A stretch of DNA of 34,202 nucleotides from a virus (lineage: Duplodnaviria; Heunggongvirae; Uroviricota; Caudoviricetes). Position 1 is the stretch's first letter; each line of letters begins with the position of its first letter. The position numbers and the translations under genes are program-made. This document shows, one piece after another, positions 1-9,089 of the stretch. The stretch covers positions 1 to 34,202 of the IMG/VR virus record IMGVR_UViG_2531839481_000004. The stretch is one strand, 5' to 3'. The notes below the pieces were generated by a model. That model ran no database searches, was not told where the DNA came from, and worked only from the letters and a program-made list of their open reading frames with translations.

Positions 1-1
1 A

Positions 2-19
2 AACCTGCCGTAGCAGGTT
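2..19 (-). terminator. possible ogr terminator hairpin, truncated by window edge
   Basis: inverted repeat aacctgc-cgta-gcaggtt immediately downstream of ogr stop; the T-tract would fall at or beyond position 1. Confidence 0.25.
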
Positions 20-26
20 CTCTTTC

Positions 27-245
27 TCAAAAATTCATATGCCCCTGACCACCTGGCAATGGATGTGGAGGAGCAGTAGCAATCAGTGCGGGTGTCACAA
101 TAAACCGGACCACTGTTTCATGGGTAACAAAAGTGCTCCCGCAGTTAATATTTTGGCACTGGCAGTAACGCTCTTTGGTGCTTTCAGTTACTTGAAAACT
201 GCTCCTTGTGTGTGCCGCATGACCACACTTTGGACAATTCATCAT
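27..245 (-). CDS. ogr: late-gene transcription activator, Ogr/B-type zinc finger (72 aa)
   Basis: MMNCPKCGHAAH...CQCQNINC...PHPLPGGQ matches the C4 zinc-finger pattern and length of P2 Ogr/186 B; ATG at 243-245 with SD; the track ORF 27-404 is a 5'-extended version. Confidence 0.85.
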   Translation of the reverse strand: MMNCPKCGHAAHTRSSFQVTESTKERYCQCQNINCGSTFVTHETVVRFIVTPALIATAPPHPLPGGQGHMNF

Positions 246-273
246 ATCCAGATCCCTACCTTTGCTATCAGAA

Positions 274-2589
274 TCATTGTAATGCTTCACTGACGGGACC
301 TGCCGCCGCTTTGAATCCTTCCACCACGCCACCAAGAAATGCGGTGATGGGTTGCCAGTATTTCCAGACAACCAGCGCCACGCCCGCCAGTGCAGTAACC
401 ACAAGACCTATCGGACTGAGCAGAGCACCTAACAGACCAGATACGGCATACAGGGCAACGCGCAGCATCGCCAGCGGACCGGATGCCAGCACACGAAGCA
501 CCACGCCTGCGGCAGCCAGTCCACCGCGCAGTACCGCCAGAGGATTCATAAACATCACAGCAACAGCACGTAAACCGGATAATCCAGACCGCAATAGTGC
601 AACCGGCGCACCTGCTACAGTTTTCAGGACATTCCCCGTCAGTGATGCCGTGCGACGCAAAGACGACAACGGCGCAGTAAGTAAACCCGCTGCGTTGCCC
701 GATGAAGCAAGCCCGCGTCGCAGCAGTGCCAGTGGTGCGCCAGCCAGCCAGGACAACGCGCTGCTGGTTCGGGTTACTGCTGCCGTAACGGAAGGTAACG
801 TTTTGATATCCAGCACAGAGAATCCCAGACGGATGACTGCCAGCGGCCCCAGCACTGCAGCCAGCGCCACCGCTAAGGTGCCGAGGCCTACGGTAACCGC
901 AGCCACAACAGCCGCTACTTTCATCAGTGTGCCTGTCAGTTCCGGGTTAGCTTCCACCCAGCGGCGCAACGCTCCCGTGATGCTTTTCACCGTGTACAGA
1001 ATATCCATCAGCGGCTGGCGCAGCGTTTCGCCCAGGCTGCTGAAGGTGTTCTGCGCTCCGGTTTTGACCAGCAACCACTGAGCAGAAAGTGAGTCTTTGT
1101 TGATGTCAGATTCTTTCTGCATGGAACCGAGCGCATCATTGCCCGCTGTCAGTTTTAGCTGGCGCTGCAGTTCCGGAAGGTTGTTTGCCAGTTTCGCCGC
1201 GTCATCACCAAACTCTTTACCAAACAACATGGTCATGGCAGACAGACGCTTGTCCTGCGGCAGTGCGTTCACCTTCTCCAGCACACGCTGGATAGTTCCC
1301 ATCGCATCCTTCGTCATCTGCTTTTCAATCACTTCAGGATTGAGTTTCAGCAGATTCATCCCTTCAAAGAAACTCTTGCTTTGCATGGTGGCAATGGACA
1401 ATTCACGCACCATCGCGTTTGCTGCACTGGCTGCAACCTCCGGCGCAGCGCCCAGTGTCAGAAAGGTGGAACCCAGTGCCGCCGCTTTACGATAATCCAG
1501 GCGGTCAGCTACACCGCCCAGACGTTGCATCACATCAATGATGTCCGCCCCTTTCGACATGGCGTTATCATCCAGATAGTTCAGCGCATCGCCGAGCTGT
1601 TCAATATTGCGGGTAGGTATTTTGTAGAGCTGGGCGATTTTCCCCAGACTTTCTGACAGTTCATCCGCTGGCAGCTCAAAGGCTGTTGCCGCCTTTGCTG
1701 CCGTACTGGCGAAGGCCAGCAGGTCACGTTTCTGGTCTTCCCAGCTGTCGTCAGGGTTTGCGACGTTCATGCGCGCACCTCCTTCAACCAGTGCAGCGAA
1801 GTCCACCGCACCGTTTTCCATCGGCAACTGTTCGCTGGCAGCCTTGATGGCATCCTGCATTTCATAAAAACGTGCAGTGCGGTTGCCATTATCGTCACGC
1901 AGACCATTGACCTGCTTTGCCACACCTTTCATGGCATCTTCCATGCTGGTATAGCTTTTTACTGCCGCCATCACTGGCGCACCCATTGCCAGCCCTGCAG
2001 CCGTGGTAGTGGCTCCGGCTCCTGCGATGCGATCGCGCACTTCAAGCCGTCTTGAGTATTGTTCTCTGGCAGCGTTCATCCGTGCCTGTTGTTCACCCAG
2101 ACGTTTAAGTGCTTTTTGCTGGCCCTCCAGTGCCTGCCTTGTTTCTTCAGCATTTTTCTTAAGTTCTCGCTGGGCACTACTGAGTTGTCTGGTATCAATC
2201 CCTGATTCTTTAAGTGCCTGACGTTGTCTCTGGACCGCCCCCAACAAGCCGTTATAGGTCTGCTGAAGTTCCTGTACTCGTGTTTTGGCCTGACTGAATA
2301 ACTTTGCCTGCGCGGCGGTTGGCCTGTTAGTGGCAGCAAATTGTGTGGCGAGTTTTGCCGCCTCTTCGCGGGCTGCGTTCAGGTTGTTGGCTGTTATGGC
2401 TAGTTGCGAGCGCGTCTTGCGAAATTCATCAATTCTGCCAGCCTGCTTATTCAGTTCTTTGAGGCTGTTTCGGGTATTCTGAATTGCGCCAGCCAGCTCT
2501 TTCGAACTGGCCTGTGCAGCACGGAATGGGCGGGTGAGTTTGTCAACCGCATTAAGAATGACCTGCAGGCGCAGGTTGTTATCACTCAT
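274..2589 (-). CDS. tail tape measure protein (gpT-like), possibly C-terminally truncated
   Basis: 771 aa, coiled-coil-rich N-terminal half, Gly/Ala/Leu-rich hydrophobic repeats in C-terminal third; start ATG overlaps the E' stop (gATGAgtga) as in P2. Confidence 0.8.
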   Translation of the reverse strand: MSDNNLRLQVILNAVDKLTRPFRAAQASSKELAGAIQNTRNSLKELNKQAGRIDEFRKTRSQLAITANNLNAAREEAAKLATQFAATNRPTAAQAKLFSQAKTRVQELQQTYNGLLGAVQRQRQALKESGIDTRQLSSAQRELKKNAEETRQALEGQQKALKRLGEQQARMNAAREQYSRRLEVRDRIAGAGATTTAAGLAMGAPVMAAVKSYTSMEDAMKGVAKQVNGLRDDNGNRTARFYEMQDAIKAASEQLPMENGAVDFAALVEGGARMNVANPDDSWEDQKRDLLAFASTAAKAATAFELPADELSESLGKIAQLYKIPTRNIEQLGDALNYLDDNAMSKGADIIDVMQRLGGVADRLDYRKAAALGSTFLTLGAAPEVAASAANAMVRELSIATMQSKSFFEGMNLLKLNPEVIEKQMTKDAMGTIQRVLEKVNALPQDKRLSAMTMLFGKEFGDDAAKLANNLPELQRQLKLTAGNDALGSMQKESDINKDSLSAQWLLVKTGAQNTFSSLGETLRQPLMDILYTVKSITGALRRWVEANPELTGTLMKVAAVVAAVTVGLGTLAVALAAVLGPLAVIRLGFSVLDIKTLPSVTAAVTRTSSALSWLAGAPLALLRRGLASSGNAAGLLTAPLSSLRRTASLTGNVLKTVAGAPVALLRSGLSGLRAVAVMFMNPLAVLRGGLAAAGVVLRVLASGPLAMLRVALYAVSGLLGALLSPIGLVVTALAGVALVVWKYWQPITAFLGGVVEGFKAAAGPVSEALQ

Positions 2590-3018
2590 CGTTGGCCCCG
2601 CATCTCTGAATCGCTTTATACCGCCATTCCAGCACTTCGGTCAGCGGCATAACGTCAGTAACGGATGGCGGCCAGTGAAAAATGGTGGCGATATCTGCCA
2701 CCAGATCATCAACCGTCAGGCTGTCGGTAAACCGGCAAGCACCGACTTCTTCAACAAAAAAGTGACAACCTCAACCGACATGGCAGTGAGATCTGCCGGG
2801 TCCATCTCTGCAATTTCCTGTGCAGTCAGTGCCGGACTGGAGATGCGGGGGATCACGGTCATCATCGCGTTTACATCCATATCCATAATGGCCTGCAGGC
2901 GTGTACCGCGCAGCGCACCGGACTGCGGTTTACGCAGCACAATTTCGGTGATTTCTGTTTTACCGCGCTTGATGGGGGTATCCAGTTGAATGGTCTTTTC
3001 AGTCTGCTTATCGCTCAT
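2582..3018 (-). CDS. gpE+E' frameshift-extended tail chaperone (-1 frameshift at T_TTT_TTG, plus-strand 2755-2761)
   Basis: zero-frame codons ACT TTT TTG; the -1 frame stays open for ~58 codons and stops at TGA overlapping the T start codon. Confidence 0.6.
2716..3018 (-). CDS. tail assembly chaperone gpE
   Basis: 100 aa, position between tail tube gene and tape measure; contains slippery heptamer. Confidence 0.8.
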   Translation of the reverse strand: MSDKQTEKTIQLDTPIKRGKTEITEIVLRKPQSGALRGTRLQAIMDMDVNAMMTVIPRISSPALTAQEIAEMDPADLTAMSVEVVTFLLKKSVLAGLPTA

Positions 3019-3072
3019 TTTGCTGTCCTGTAAATTGGGTTCTGGCGCGGTATCCCGCGCCGTTCAGATATA

Positions 3073-3588
3073 TCAGAGGCCGAGGGCGTTGCGGTGCGCT
3101 TCCATCAGGTCCACACCGTCCACAATTTCCACCATGTTGATAAGGTCCACTTCATAGAGCACCTCACCATTGATGGTCAGCTTCGCGTAGCTGTTGGTAC
3201 TGGTCACTTTGGTGGTGTTGCTTTCGCCCGTCTTCCACTCGCCGGAATCCACTTCTTTGTGACGTCCACGCACCACAAGCTCCACGGCCTGCACTTCTCC
3301 GGTATCGTCACGCTGGATAGAGCCGGTAAAGCGCAACTGGATGCCATCCACCGTGGCTTTGCCCATCTGCTTAAACAGCAGCAGTTCAGTACCACCAATG
3401 GAAAATTCTGTATCCAGTGCACTGTCATCCAGTCCCAGATCCACATCAACTGCACCAGGCATTCCGCCGCCGCGATACTTCTCATATTTGCGGGTGAATT
3501 TCGGCAGCGTCAGCGACTCTACGATCCCCTGCCAGTTGTTCCCGTCGTTAAACAGGTTCAGATGTTTTAATTTGCGTGGTAAAGCCAT
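3073..3588 (-). CDS. major tail tube protein (gpFII-like)
   Basis: 171 aa, synteny after sheath gene, resembles P2 FII. Confidence 0.9.
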   Translation of the reverse strand: MALPRKLKHLNLFNDGNNWQGIVESLTLPKFTRKYEKYRGGGMPGAVDVDLGLDDSALDTEFSIGGTELLLFKQMGKATVDGIQLRFTGSIQRDDTGEVQAVELVVRGRHKEVDSGEWKTGESNTTKVTSTNSYAKLTINGEVLYEVDLINMVEIVDGVDLMEAHRNALGL

Positions 3589-3597
3589 GTTGTCCCC

Positions 3598-4770
3598 TTA
3601 CGCGCTTACCTGGCTGGCGAAATTCACCAGGTACTGATCGGTGATGCGCTGGCGCAGCATCAGATTTTCAAGTGGCGGCACTGGCGTGTAGTCATAGTCG
3701 ATGGTGAGTTTTCCGGCTTTCAGCGTGTCTTTGTCGTTCACCGACTCATCCAGCCAGCAATCACCACCAATGAGATAGCCCTGACTGACCAGGCTGCGCA
3801 TTTTGGCGCGGATACCTTCGATAATGTCGCGCGCCAGCGACGGGTTCAGCGGTTTGTCCACCGCCCACATGTGCGCTTCTGCCATTGTGTCCATCAGTAC
3901 CTGCGCTGTGCGGGTGTAGTTTTCGAAGGCAAAAAGCGGGTCATCACTCAGACAGCGGGAACCCCAGAAGCGGAAACCGTCTTTGCGGATAAGCGTGGTA
4001 ACGTCGTTCTGGTTAAGCAGACCTGCATCGGTTGCCGGGTCCTGCAGATCCCAGAACACATCAGCAGAAATTCCGGTGACACCGTTCACTCCCACGTTGG
4101 ACAGGCTTTTGTGCCATCCGGTCTGCTCGTCAATTTTGGCGCGCAGACCAAGCGCACGGGCGGTGGCATATGCCGTTGCTTCGGCATTCAGCGCCGTGTC
4201 CCAGCCAGTAAAGTCAGGCCAGATCAGCATCCCTTCGCGCTGGCTGAAGTTTTCGCGGTAAGTGATCGCCTCCTGTACTGTCTTGCAGCCATACGCTGAC
4301 AGGTAAGCAAACCCACGCAGGCTTTGCGCCACACTCAGCAACTCAGTAGCAACGGCTTTGTTATCGTGACCTGGCACGCCGAGAATGCGCGGTTTAACGC
4401 CGAGCTGTGTCTGGGCAGATAACAGGGCTTTCATGCCTGTTTTTTTACCTTCAGCAGTCACTGCGCCGATGATATTGGTCGTGGTTTCTTCTTCCGTTTC
4501 ACCCTGCGGCACACGCACAACAACGGTCACGGGTTTTGCCTGGTCAGCGATGGCATCCAGCGAACGGGCCAGCGTGCCGGACTCACCCGCTTTACCGCTG
4601 GCAGTCAGCACATCAGTGATCAGCACGGGTTTATTAAGAGGAAACATTTTTGCATCGGCATCATCGCCCGTGCAGACCATACCCACGATGGCGGTGCTCA
4701 CCGTGGTAATGGATCGGGTGCCTTCGTTGATTTCAACAACGCGCACCCCGTGGTGGTAATCCTGAGCCAT
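3598..4770 (-). CDS. contractile tail sheath protein (gpFI-like)
   Basis: 390 aa, synteny, resembles P2 FI. Confidence 0.9.
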   Translation of the reverse strand: MAQDYHHGVRVVEINEGTRSITTVSTAIVGMVCTGDDADAKMFPLNKPVLITDVLTASGKAGESGTLARSLDAIADQAKPVTVVVRVPQGETEEETTTNIIGAVTAEGKKTGMKALLSAQTQLGVKPRILGVPGHDNKAVATELLSVAQSLRGFAYLSAYGCKTVQEAITYRENFSQREGMLIWPDFTGWDTALNAEATAYATARALGLRAKIDEQTGWHKSLSNVGVNGVTGISADVFWDLQDPATDAGLLNQNDVTTLIRKDGFRFWGSRCLSDDPLFAFENYTRTAQVLMDTMAEAHMWAVDKPLNPSLARDIIEGIRAKMRSLVSQGYLIGGDCWLDESVNDKDTLKAGKLTIDYDYTPVPPLENLMLRQRITDQYLVNFASQVSA

Positions 4771-4846
4771 AGCGGCGAACCTCCTGATTGGATTAGGCTT
4801 CGCCCTATGTTGAAGTGATTGTGCCCGACAAACAGCTAAGTGTAGT

Positions 4847-4864
4847 TGTACAGTTATTCACACA
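4847..4864 (-). promoter_or_regulatory. Ogr/B-type late promoter activator site (TGT-N12-ACA) upstream of FI
   Basis: tgtacagttattcacaca, about 85 bp upstream of the FI start. Confidence 0.45.
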
Positions 4865-4912
4865 AAATGACGGTATTTGTCTGCTTGCAGGGATAATCAA
4901 AATTATGCTGAT

Positions 4913-5479
4913 TCAGGGGGATTCATTGCTCTTATTTGCCGGAAATTTTCTATAAATGGTAGAAACGCCCACATCAAAAATCAGTGCAATACGCTGTCTT
5001 GATTCTCCGGCCTCGAGTAAACGTCCAATCTGTGCCCACTGTTCGGTGGTCAACTTAGGACGGCGTCCACCTACTCTGCCTTTGGCGCGAGCTGCAGCAA
5101 GCCCCGCCCTGGTACGTTCAACTATCAGTTCGCGCTCCATTTCAGCCAGGGCCCCCATGACATGAAAAAAGAAACGGCCCATTGGGGTACTGGTATCAAT
5201 ACTGTCAGTCAGGCTTCGGAAATTCACGCCACGCTGGCGCAGATCTTCTATCAGCGTAACGAGATGCCGCATACTGCGCCCCAACCTGTCCAGCTTCCAG
5301 ACAACCAGAGTGTCACCTGCCGATAATGTCCTGAGCAGTTTTTTCAGTCCCGGTCTGTCGGACTTAGTGCCACTGATTTTGTCCTCAAAAATCCGCTCAC
5401 ATCCCGCGCAGTTCAGTGCATTACGTTGCAAATCGGTGTTCTGGTCATTTGTTGACACGCGTACATAGCCAATAAGCAT
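4913..5479 (-). CDS. serine DNA invertase (Hin/Gin/Cin/Pin family)
   Basis: MLIGYVRVSTNDQ catalytic N-terminus (Ser in VRVST), C-terminal HTH; ATG at 5477-5479 (track start at 5485 is TTG). Confidence 0.9.
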   Translation of the reverse strand: MLIGYVRVSTNDQNTDLQRNALNCAGCERIFEDKISGTKSDRPGLKKLLRTLSAGDTLVVWKLDRLGRSMRHLVTLIEDLRQRGVNFRSLTDSIDTSTPMGRFFFHVMGALAEMERELIVERTRAGLAAARAKGRVGGRRPKLTTEQWAQIGRLLEAGESRQRIALIFDVGVSTIYRKFPANKSNESP

Positions 5480-5536
5480 GATCAATCCCCTGAATAAAAA
5501 CCGGGGATGATGCCAGTTAGTCGTAATCGCTGCATT

Positions 5537-5560
5537 TTCTTAAACGTTGGTTTGGGAGAA
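5537..5560. repeat. invertase crossover site (gix/cix-like), left
   Basis: ttcttaaacgttggtttgggagaa; shares ttggtttgggagaa with the reverse complement of 7426-7451 and resembles the Gin gix sequence class. Confidence 0.65.
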
Positions 5561-5920
5561 GCGGCAAAACGGGATGTGGGGACAGGGGAAAATCAGATAC
5601 CGGACATGGCCTCTTTTGCCAGTGGTGATGGATGGATGAAATTACCCAACGGGAAAATCCTGCAATATGGTCGTGGTGCGGTTACGCCGACATTATCGAC
5701 GCAAACAATGAGAATTACATTCAGCATCCCTTTCCCCAAAAAAGCGGACTGCGCCATGCTTACTCATTCTGGTGATGGCGGTGCGCCTTTAGGCGCTGGG
5801 CGAGGGTTCGTGATGACTGCAGAAGGCCCAACGTTAACCGGCTTTAATTCTGCTTACAGAACGTCATCAACCAGCGACACGGTATCGATGAATTACAGTT
5901 GGTGGGCTGTTGGTGAGTAA
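5561..5920 (+). CDS. alternative tail-fibre C-terminal variable segment (silent orientation; would fuse to the H constant region after inversion)
   Basis: reading frame continues through the crossover site; GLGE motif at the junction matches LGLGEG in H at the other crossover site. Confidence 0.55.
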   Translation, partial: AAKRDVGTGENQIPDMASFASGDGWMKLPNGKILQYGRGAVTPTLSTQTMRITFSIPFPKKADCAMLTHSGDGGAPLGAGRGFVMTAEGPTLTGFNSAYRTSSTSDTVSMNYSWWAVGE

Positions 5921-5940
5921 TTTTATTCAGGGTGATTTAT

Positions 5941-6384
5941 ATGAACGAATATGTTTATAGCGCAAGGCATAATGCTTTTTTCCCTGTGGATATGATTGAT
6001 AAATATAAATCAGAGGGATGGGATTTATCAGATGCTAAGGAAGTGAATCAAAATATTATCAGTGAGTTTATGGCTGAACCGCCACAAGGAAAAATCCGTA
6101 TTGCCGGAAATGATGGGCTGCCTGCGTGGGCAGATATTCCTCCACCCACGCATGAAGAGCTTATTGAAATTACTGAATCAGAAAGACAGCTATTAATTAA
6201 CCAGGCCAACGAATACATGAACAGTAAACAATGGCCCGGTAAAGCCGCTATTGGTCGTCTGAAAGGTGACGAACTGGCGCAATATAATTTGTGGCTGGAT
6301 TATCTGGACGCACTGGAGCTGGTCGATACTTCCGGTGCGCCAGATATTGAATGGCCTACGCCTCCGGCAGTTCAGGCCAGATGA
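5941..6384 (+). CDS. alternative tail fibre assembly chaperone (Tfa')
   Basis: C-terminus LDYLDALELVDTSGAPDIEWP parallels the C-terminus of 6356-6958; ATG with AGGGTGA SD (track start at 5932 is GTG). Confidence 0.7.
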   Translation: MNEYVYSARHNAFFPVDMIDKYKSEGWDLSDAKEVNQNIISEFMAEPPQGKIRIAGNDGLPAWADIPPPTHEELIEITESERQLLINQANEYMNSKQWPGKAAIGRLKGDELAQYNLWLDYLDALELVDTSGAPDIEWPTPPAVQAR

Positions 6385-6958
6385 CATCCGGCGCGGTGCT
6401 GGTATCTGTTGCCGTCACCGCGTCAATGTAATCCAGCACAGCGTTAAGGCGGGTTGTTTCTGCCTGCGTCAGTTTACGTCCGGCCTGCAATTTCAGCTGA
6501 ATCAGACTGATGGAGGCCATTGCAGTATCAATCAGCGACTGGCGCTGTGCTTCTGCTGCATCTACTGCTGCGCCGTGCTGTGCCTCGGTATCCGTCACCC
6601 ATTTCTCACCATCCCATTTATCGTATGGCGTTAACGGGGCGATAGTGGTTGTATTATCAGGGTAATCACCCGGAGCTGTGATTTCTTTTGATTCCCCTGT
6701 TTTGGTGCTAAAAACGATTTCACCGCGATGGTCTGGCACATATTCCCATGAGTTTAAATCCATCGAACGGCAGATAGCATAACCCGCCTTATGTGTGCCA
6801 GGGGCATCTAAACAGGAATATGCAGGGATACCGACACCAATGGCAAGAAATTCATTTGAAGTGGAAATATATTCCCGAGTTTCACCATCATAGTTATAGA
6901 CGGTAATATTCCCCGCCTTCGTGGCAATAAGCTCGCTATTTAATACGGCGTTATCCAT
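6356..6958 (-). CDS. tail fibre assembly chaperone (gpG/Tfa-like)
   Basis: 200 aa, conserved Tfa C-terminus VLDYIDAVTATDTSTAPDVIWP, immediately after H. Confidence 0.8.
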   Translation of the reverse strand: MDNAVLNSELIATKAGNITVYNYDGETREYISTSNEFLAIGVGIPAYSCLDAPGTHKAGYAICRSMDLNSWEYVPDHRGEIVFSTKTGESKEITAPGDYPDNTTTIAPLTPYDKWDGEKWVTDTEAQHGAAVDAAEAQRQSLIDTAMASISLIQLKLQAGRKLTQAETTRLNAVLDYIDAVTATDTSTAPDVIWPELPEA

Positions 6959-8487
6959 TATGCAGCCCTCACGATAAAGTTAAATGCAATATTTCGTGGA
7001 CGGGTTTCACTCCCGCCAGTATTACCGATACTCCCTCGTGAATGAAGTGTCGGTGATGGGATCAGACTCCCTCCTGTATTTGTGGCATCAAGCCCCCGTC
7101 CTTGTGTGTATGTCTTTTTGAAAATCGTAGCCAGTTCCCATTCATCTTTTGTGTCGTAACCATCATTGGCAACAACAATATGACGGTGCTTTTCCAGCAT
7201 CCCAGCCTGAAGGCTCAATAAAGCACGTCCTGCATCAATACCGCGCCCATCATCCCAGCCACGAATAAATTCACCTCGTAAATCAGGCAATTTATTTGTC
7301 GGGTAAGCCTTTGCCAGTTCCGGGTATTCTTCAGCAGAAAAAGCCGCCCCGTTGCATTTCAGCCAGCCTGTTGGAGGTGTCTCTGAAGGCCACGGAACAG
7401 GCGCACCAACAGGTAATGCTGAACCTTCTCCCAAACCAAGGTATGCGAGAAGACCAGCTACATCCTTTCCACTCAAATTAGTCAGCGTATTGTCCAGCGG
7501 TTGTTTACCTGCTAGCGCATTAAGCATTGTCGTGGCAAAGTTCGGGTCATTCCCCAGCGCCGCCGCCAGTTCGTTCAATGTATCCAGTGCCGCAGGTGCA
7601 GAACCCACCATTCCTGCAATCGCCGATTTCACAAAAGCCGTAGTGGCAATCTGTGTATTGTTGACCGACTGTGCCGCAGTAGGTGCTGTTGGCGTTCCGG
7701 TAAGTGCCGGACTCGACAGCGGCGCTTTCAGTGCCAGCGCATTATTAATAGTGGTACTGAATTTCGGGTCATTGTTAATGGCTGCGGCAATTTCTTTCAG
7801 TGTGTCCAGCGTGGCTGGCGCACCGTTAATCAGAGCAGTAATAGCGGCCTGAACAAACTCTGTGGTCGCAATTCGAGTGGTGTTATTTCCTGCTGCAGGC
7901 GTCGGCGCTTTTGGTTCTCCGGTAAATGTCGGATTATGTTTCTGCGCATACTGGGTATGAGGATCTTGTGCGGCAATGTGGTTTCTCATCTGGTCATCCA
8001 CATACAGCTTTAATTCCAGGACTTTATCATCCACGTATTTACGGGTTGCCAGCACTACAGCAGGGTCGATTTTCAGGATGATATTGTCCGTGCTGCTGGT
8101 AATCAGCACCATGCGCACGGTCTGGGTACGCCCGCTGCCTTCAGCCAGTTGCGGCTTATAGCTTTCCGGGCAGTTTCCCACGGCAATCAATGCCCCGGAC
8201 TCATCAAACAGGCCCACTTCACGTATCCACCAACCGCCCTCGTTTTCAGGGATCACCTGTTCAGCAATAATCTGGCTACTGTTCTGCGGGTCGATATAAA
8301 GCATATTCAGCGCAGCCCGGCGTTTCTCATTTACCAGTGCCGTCTGCTTTGCGTCCGGCGTTGGCAATACTCCGCCGCCATCGCCCACCGCCATATGGGT
8401 AATTTTTAGCGGCACACCGAGCGCGGCGGCGCTGGCAAGTTTCGCTGCGCCAATATCCGTCAGCAGGGTATAAAATTTTGTGCTCAT
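6958..8487 (-). CDS. tail fibre protein (gpH-like), constant N-terminal part plus currently expressed variable C-terminus
   Basis: 509 aa, internal fibre repeats, crossover site inside the coding region at about aa 346-354. Confidence 0.85.
   Translation of the reverse strand: MSTKFYTLLTDIGAAKLASAAALGVPLKITHMAVGDGGGVLPTPDAKQTALVNEKRRAALNMLYIDPQNSSQIIAEQVIPENEGGWWIREVGLFDESGALIAVGNCPESYKPQLAEGSGRTQTVRMVLITSSTDNIILKIDPAVVLATRKYVDDKVLELKLYVDDQMRNHIAAQDPHTQYAQKHNPTFTGEPKAPTPAAGNNTTRIATTEFVQAAITALINGAPATLDTLKEIAAAINNDPKFSTTINNALALKAPLSSPALTGTPTAPTAAQSVNNTQIATTAFVKSAIAGMVGSAPAALDTLNELAAALGNDPNFATTMLNALAGKQPLDNTLTNLSGKDVAGLLAYLGLGEGSALPVGAPVPWPSETPPTGWLKCNGAAFSAEEYPELAKAYPTNKLPDLRGEFIRGWDDGRGIDAGRALLSLQAGMLEKHRHIVVANDGYDTKDEWELATIFKKTYTQGRGLDATNTGGSLIPSPTLHSRGSIGNTGGSETRPRNIAFNFIVRAA
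7426..7451. repeat. invertase crossover site (gix/cix-like), right, inside H
   Basis: ttctcccaaaccaaggtatgcgagaa; inverted relative to 5537-5560. Confidence 0.65.
7495..7875 (-). repeat. tandem ~55-aa tail-fibre repeat within H (two copies)
   Basis: RIATTEFVQAAITALINGAPATLDTLKEIAAAINNDPKFSTT... versus TQIATTAFVKSAIAGMVGSAPAALDTLNELAAALGNDPNFATT... Confidence 0.6.
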
Positions 8488-9089
8488 GGATTCACTCTCA
8501 TTGTGTCAATAACATGGACCGCCCCGCCTTCATGCGCGGTGCCACCGGAAATAATCGTTTCGTTGATATACGGATAGATCGTGATTTCTTCGCCAAGATA
8601 GCTGGCGGCTCCCACCCAATACGGGCCGCTGGTCTGCAGATTGATGGACATGCCGATCATGTGGCGGCTACATGGTTTGGCATCGCTTATCAGTCGCTCA
8701 AGTTCCAGATAGGTATCTTCAGTGATGCCCTGGTCCTGCACGCCGATATCCAGGCGAAACGTGCCCGGTGCCTCTCCGGTTTGCCACCACTCAATAATGC
8801 GGATCAGAAAGCCGAACGGCTCCACCACCCGCCGCACGGCACTGGTGGTCCCTTTATGCTGATGAATATAAAAAGCATCCTTCACCACCTGGCGCTTGAC
8901 GCTTTCTGTCCAGCCTTCGTCCCAGCGATCCACAGAGAACGCCCAGGCGAGATAAGGCAGGAAGCTGACCGGGCAGGTAGCCGGATTCCACAAGTCACGC
9001 AGCGGCACCTGCAGATCAGAAATCCCGCTGCACGTTTGCGCCAGTCGGCGCTCCAGTGAAGTTGACCCCGATGGCAGCAGACTATTCAT
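8484..9089 (-). CDS. baseplate protein (gpI-like)
   Basis: 201 aa, synteny between J and H. Confidence 0.75.
   Translation of the reverse strand: MNSLLPSGSTSLERRLAQTCSGISDLQVPLRDLWNPATCPVSFLPYLAWAFSVDRWDEGWTESVKRQVVKDAFYIHQHKGTTSAVRRVVEPFGFLIRIIEWWQTGEAPGTFRLDIGVQDQGITEDTYLELERLISDAKPCSRHMIGMSINLQTSGPYWVGAASYLGEEITIYPYINETIISGGTAHEGGAVHVIDTMRVNP

Larger units (their letters stand above)
5537..7451. other. invertible tail-fibre host-range segment (G-segment-like)
   Basis: bounded by inverted crossover sites; contains two convergent fibre C-terminal segments and two convergent tail-fibre-assembly genes; invertase gene adjacent. Confidence 0.7.

Noticed and set aside
206-2221. Long plus-strand ORFs (206-1081, 1097-1495, 2003-2221 and others) antisense to the tape-measure gene
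   Set aside because: They lie wholly within the opposite strand of a well-supported, syntenic tail gene in GC-rich DNA, where spurious antisense ORFs are expected; none has a start context or recognisable motif.
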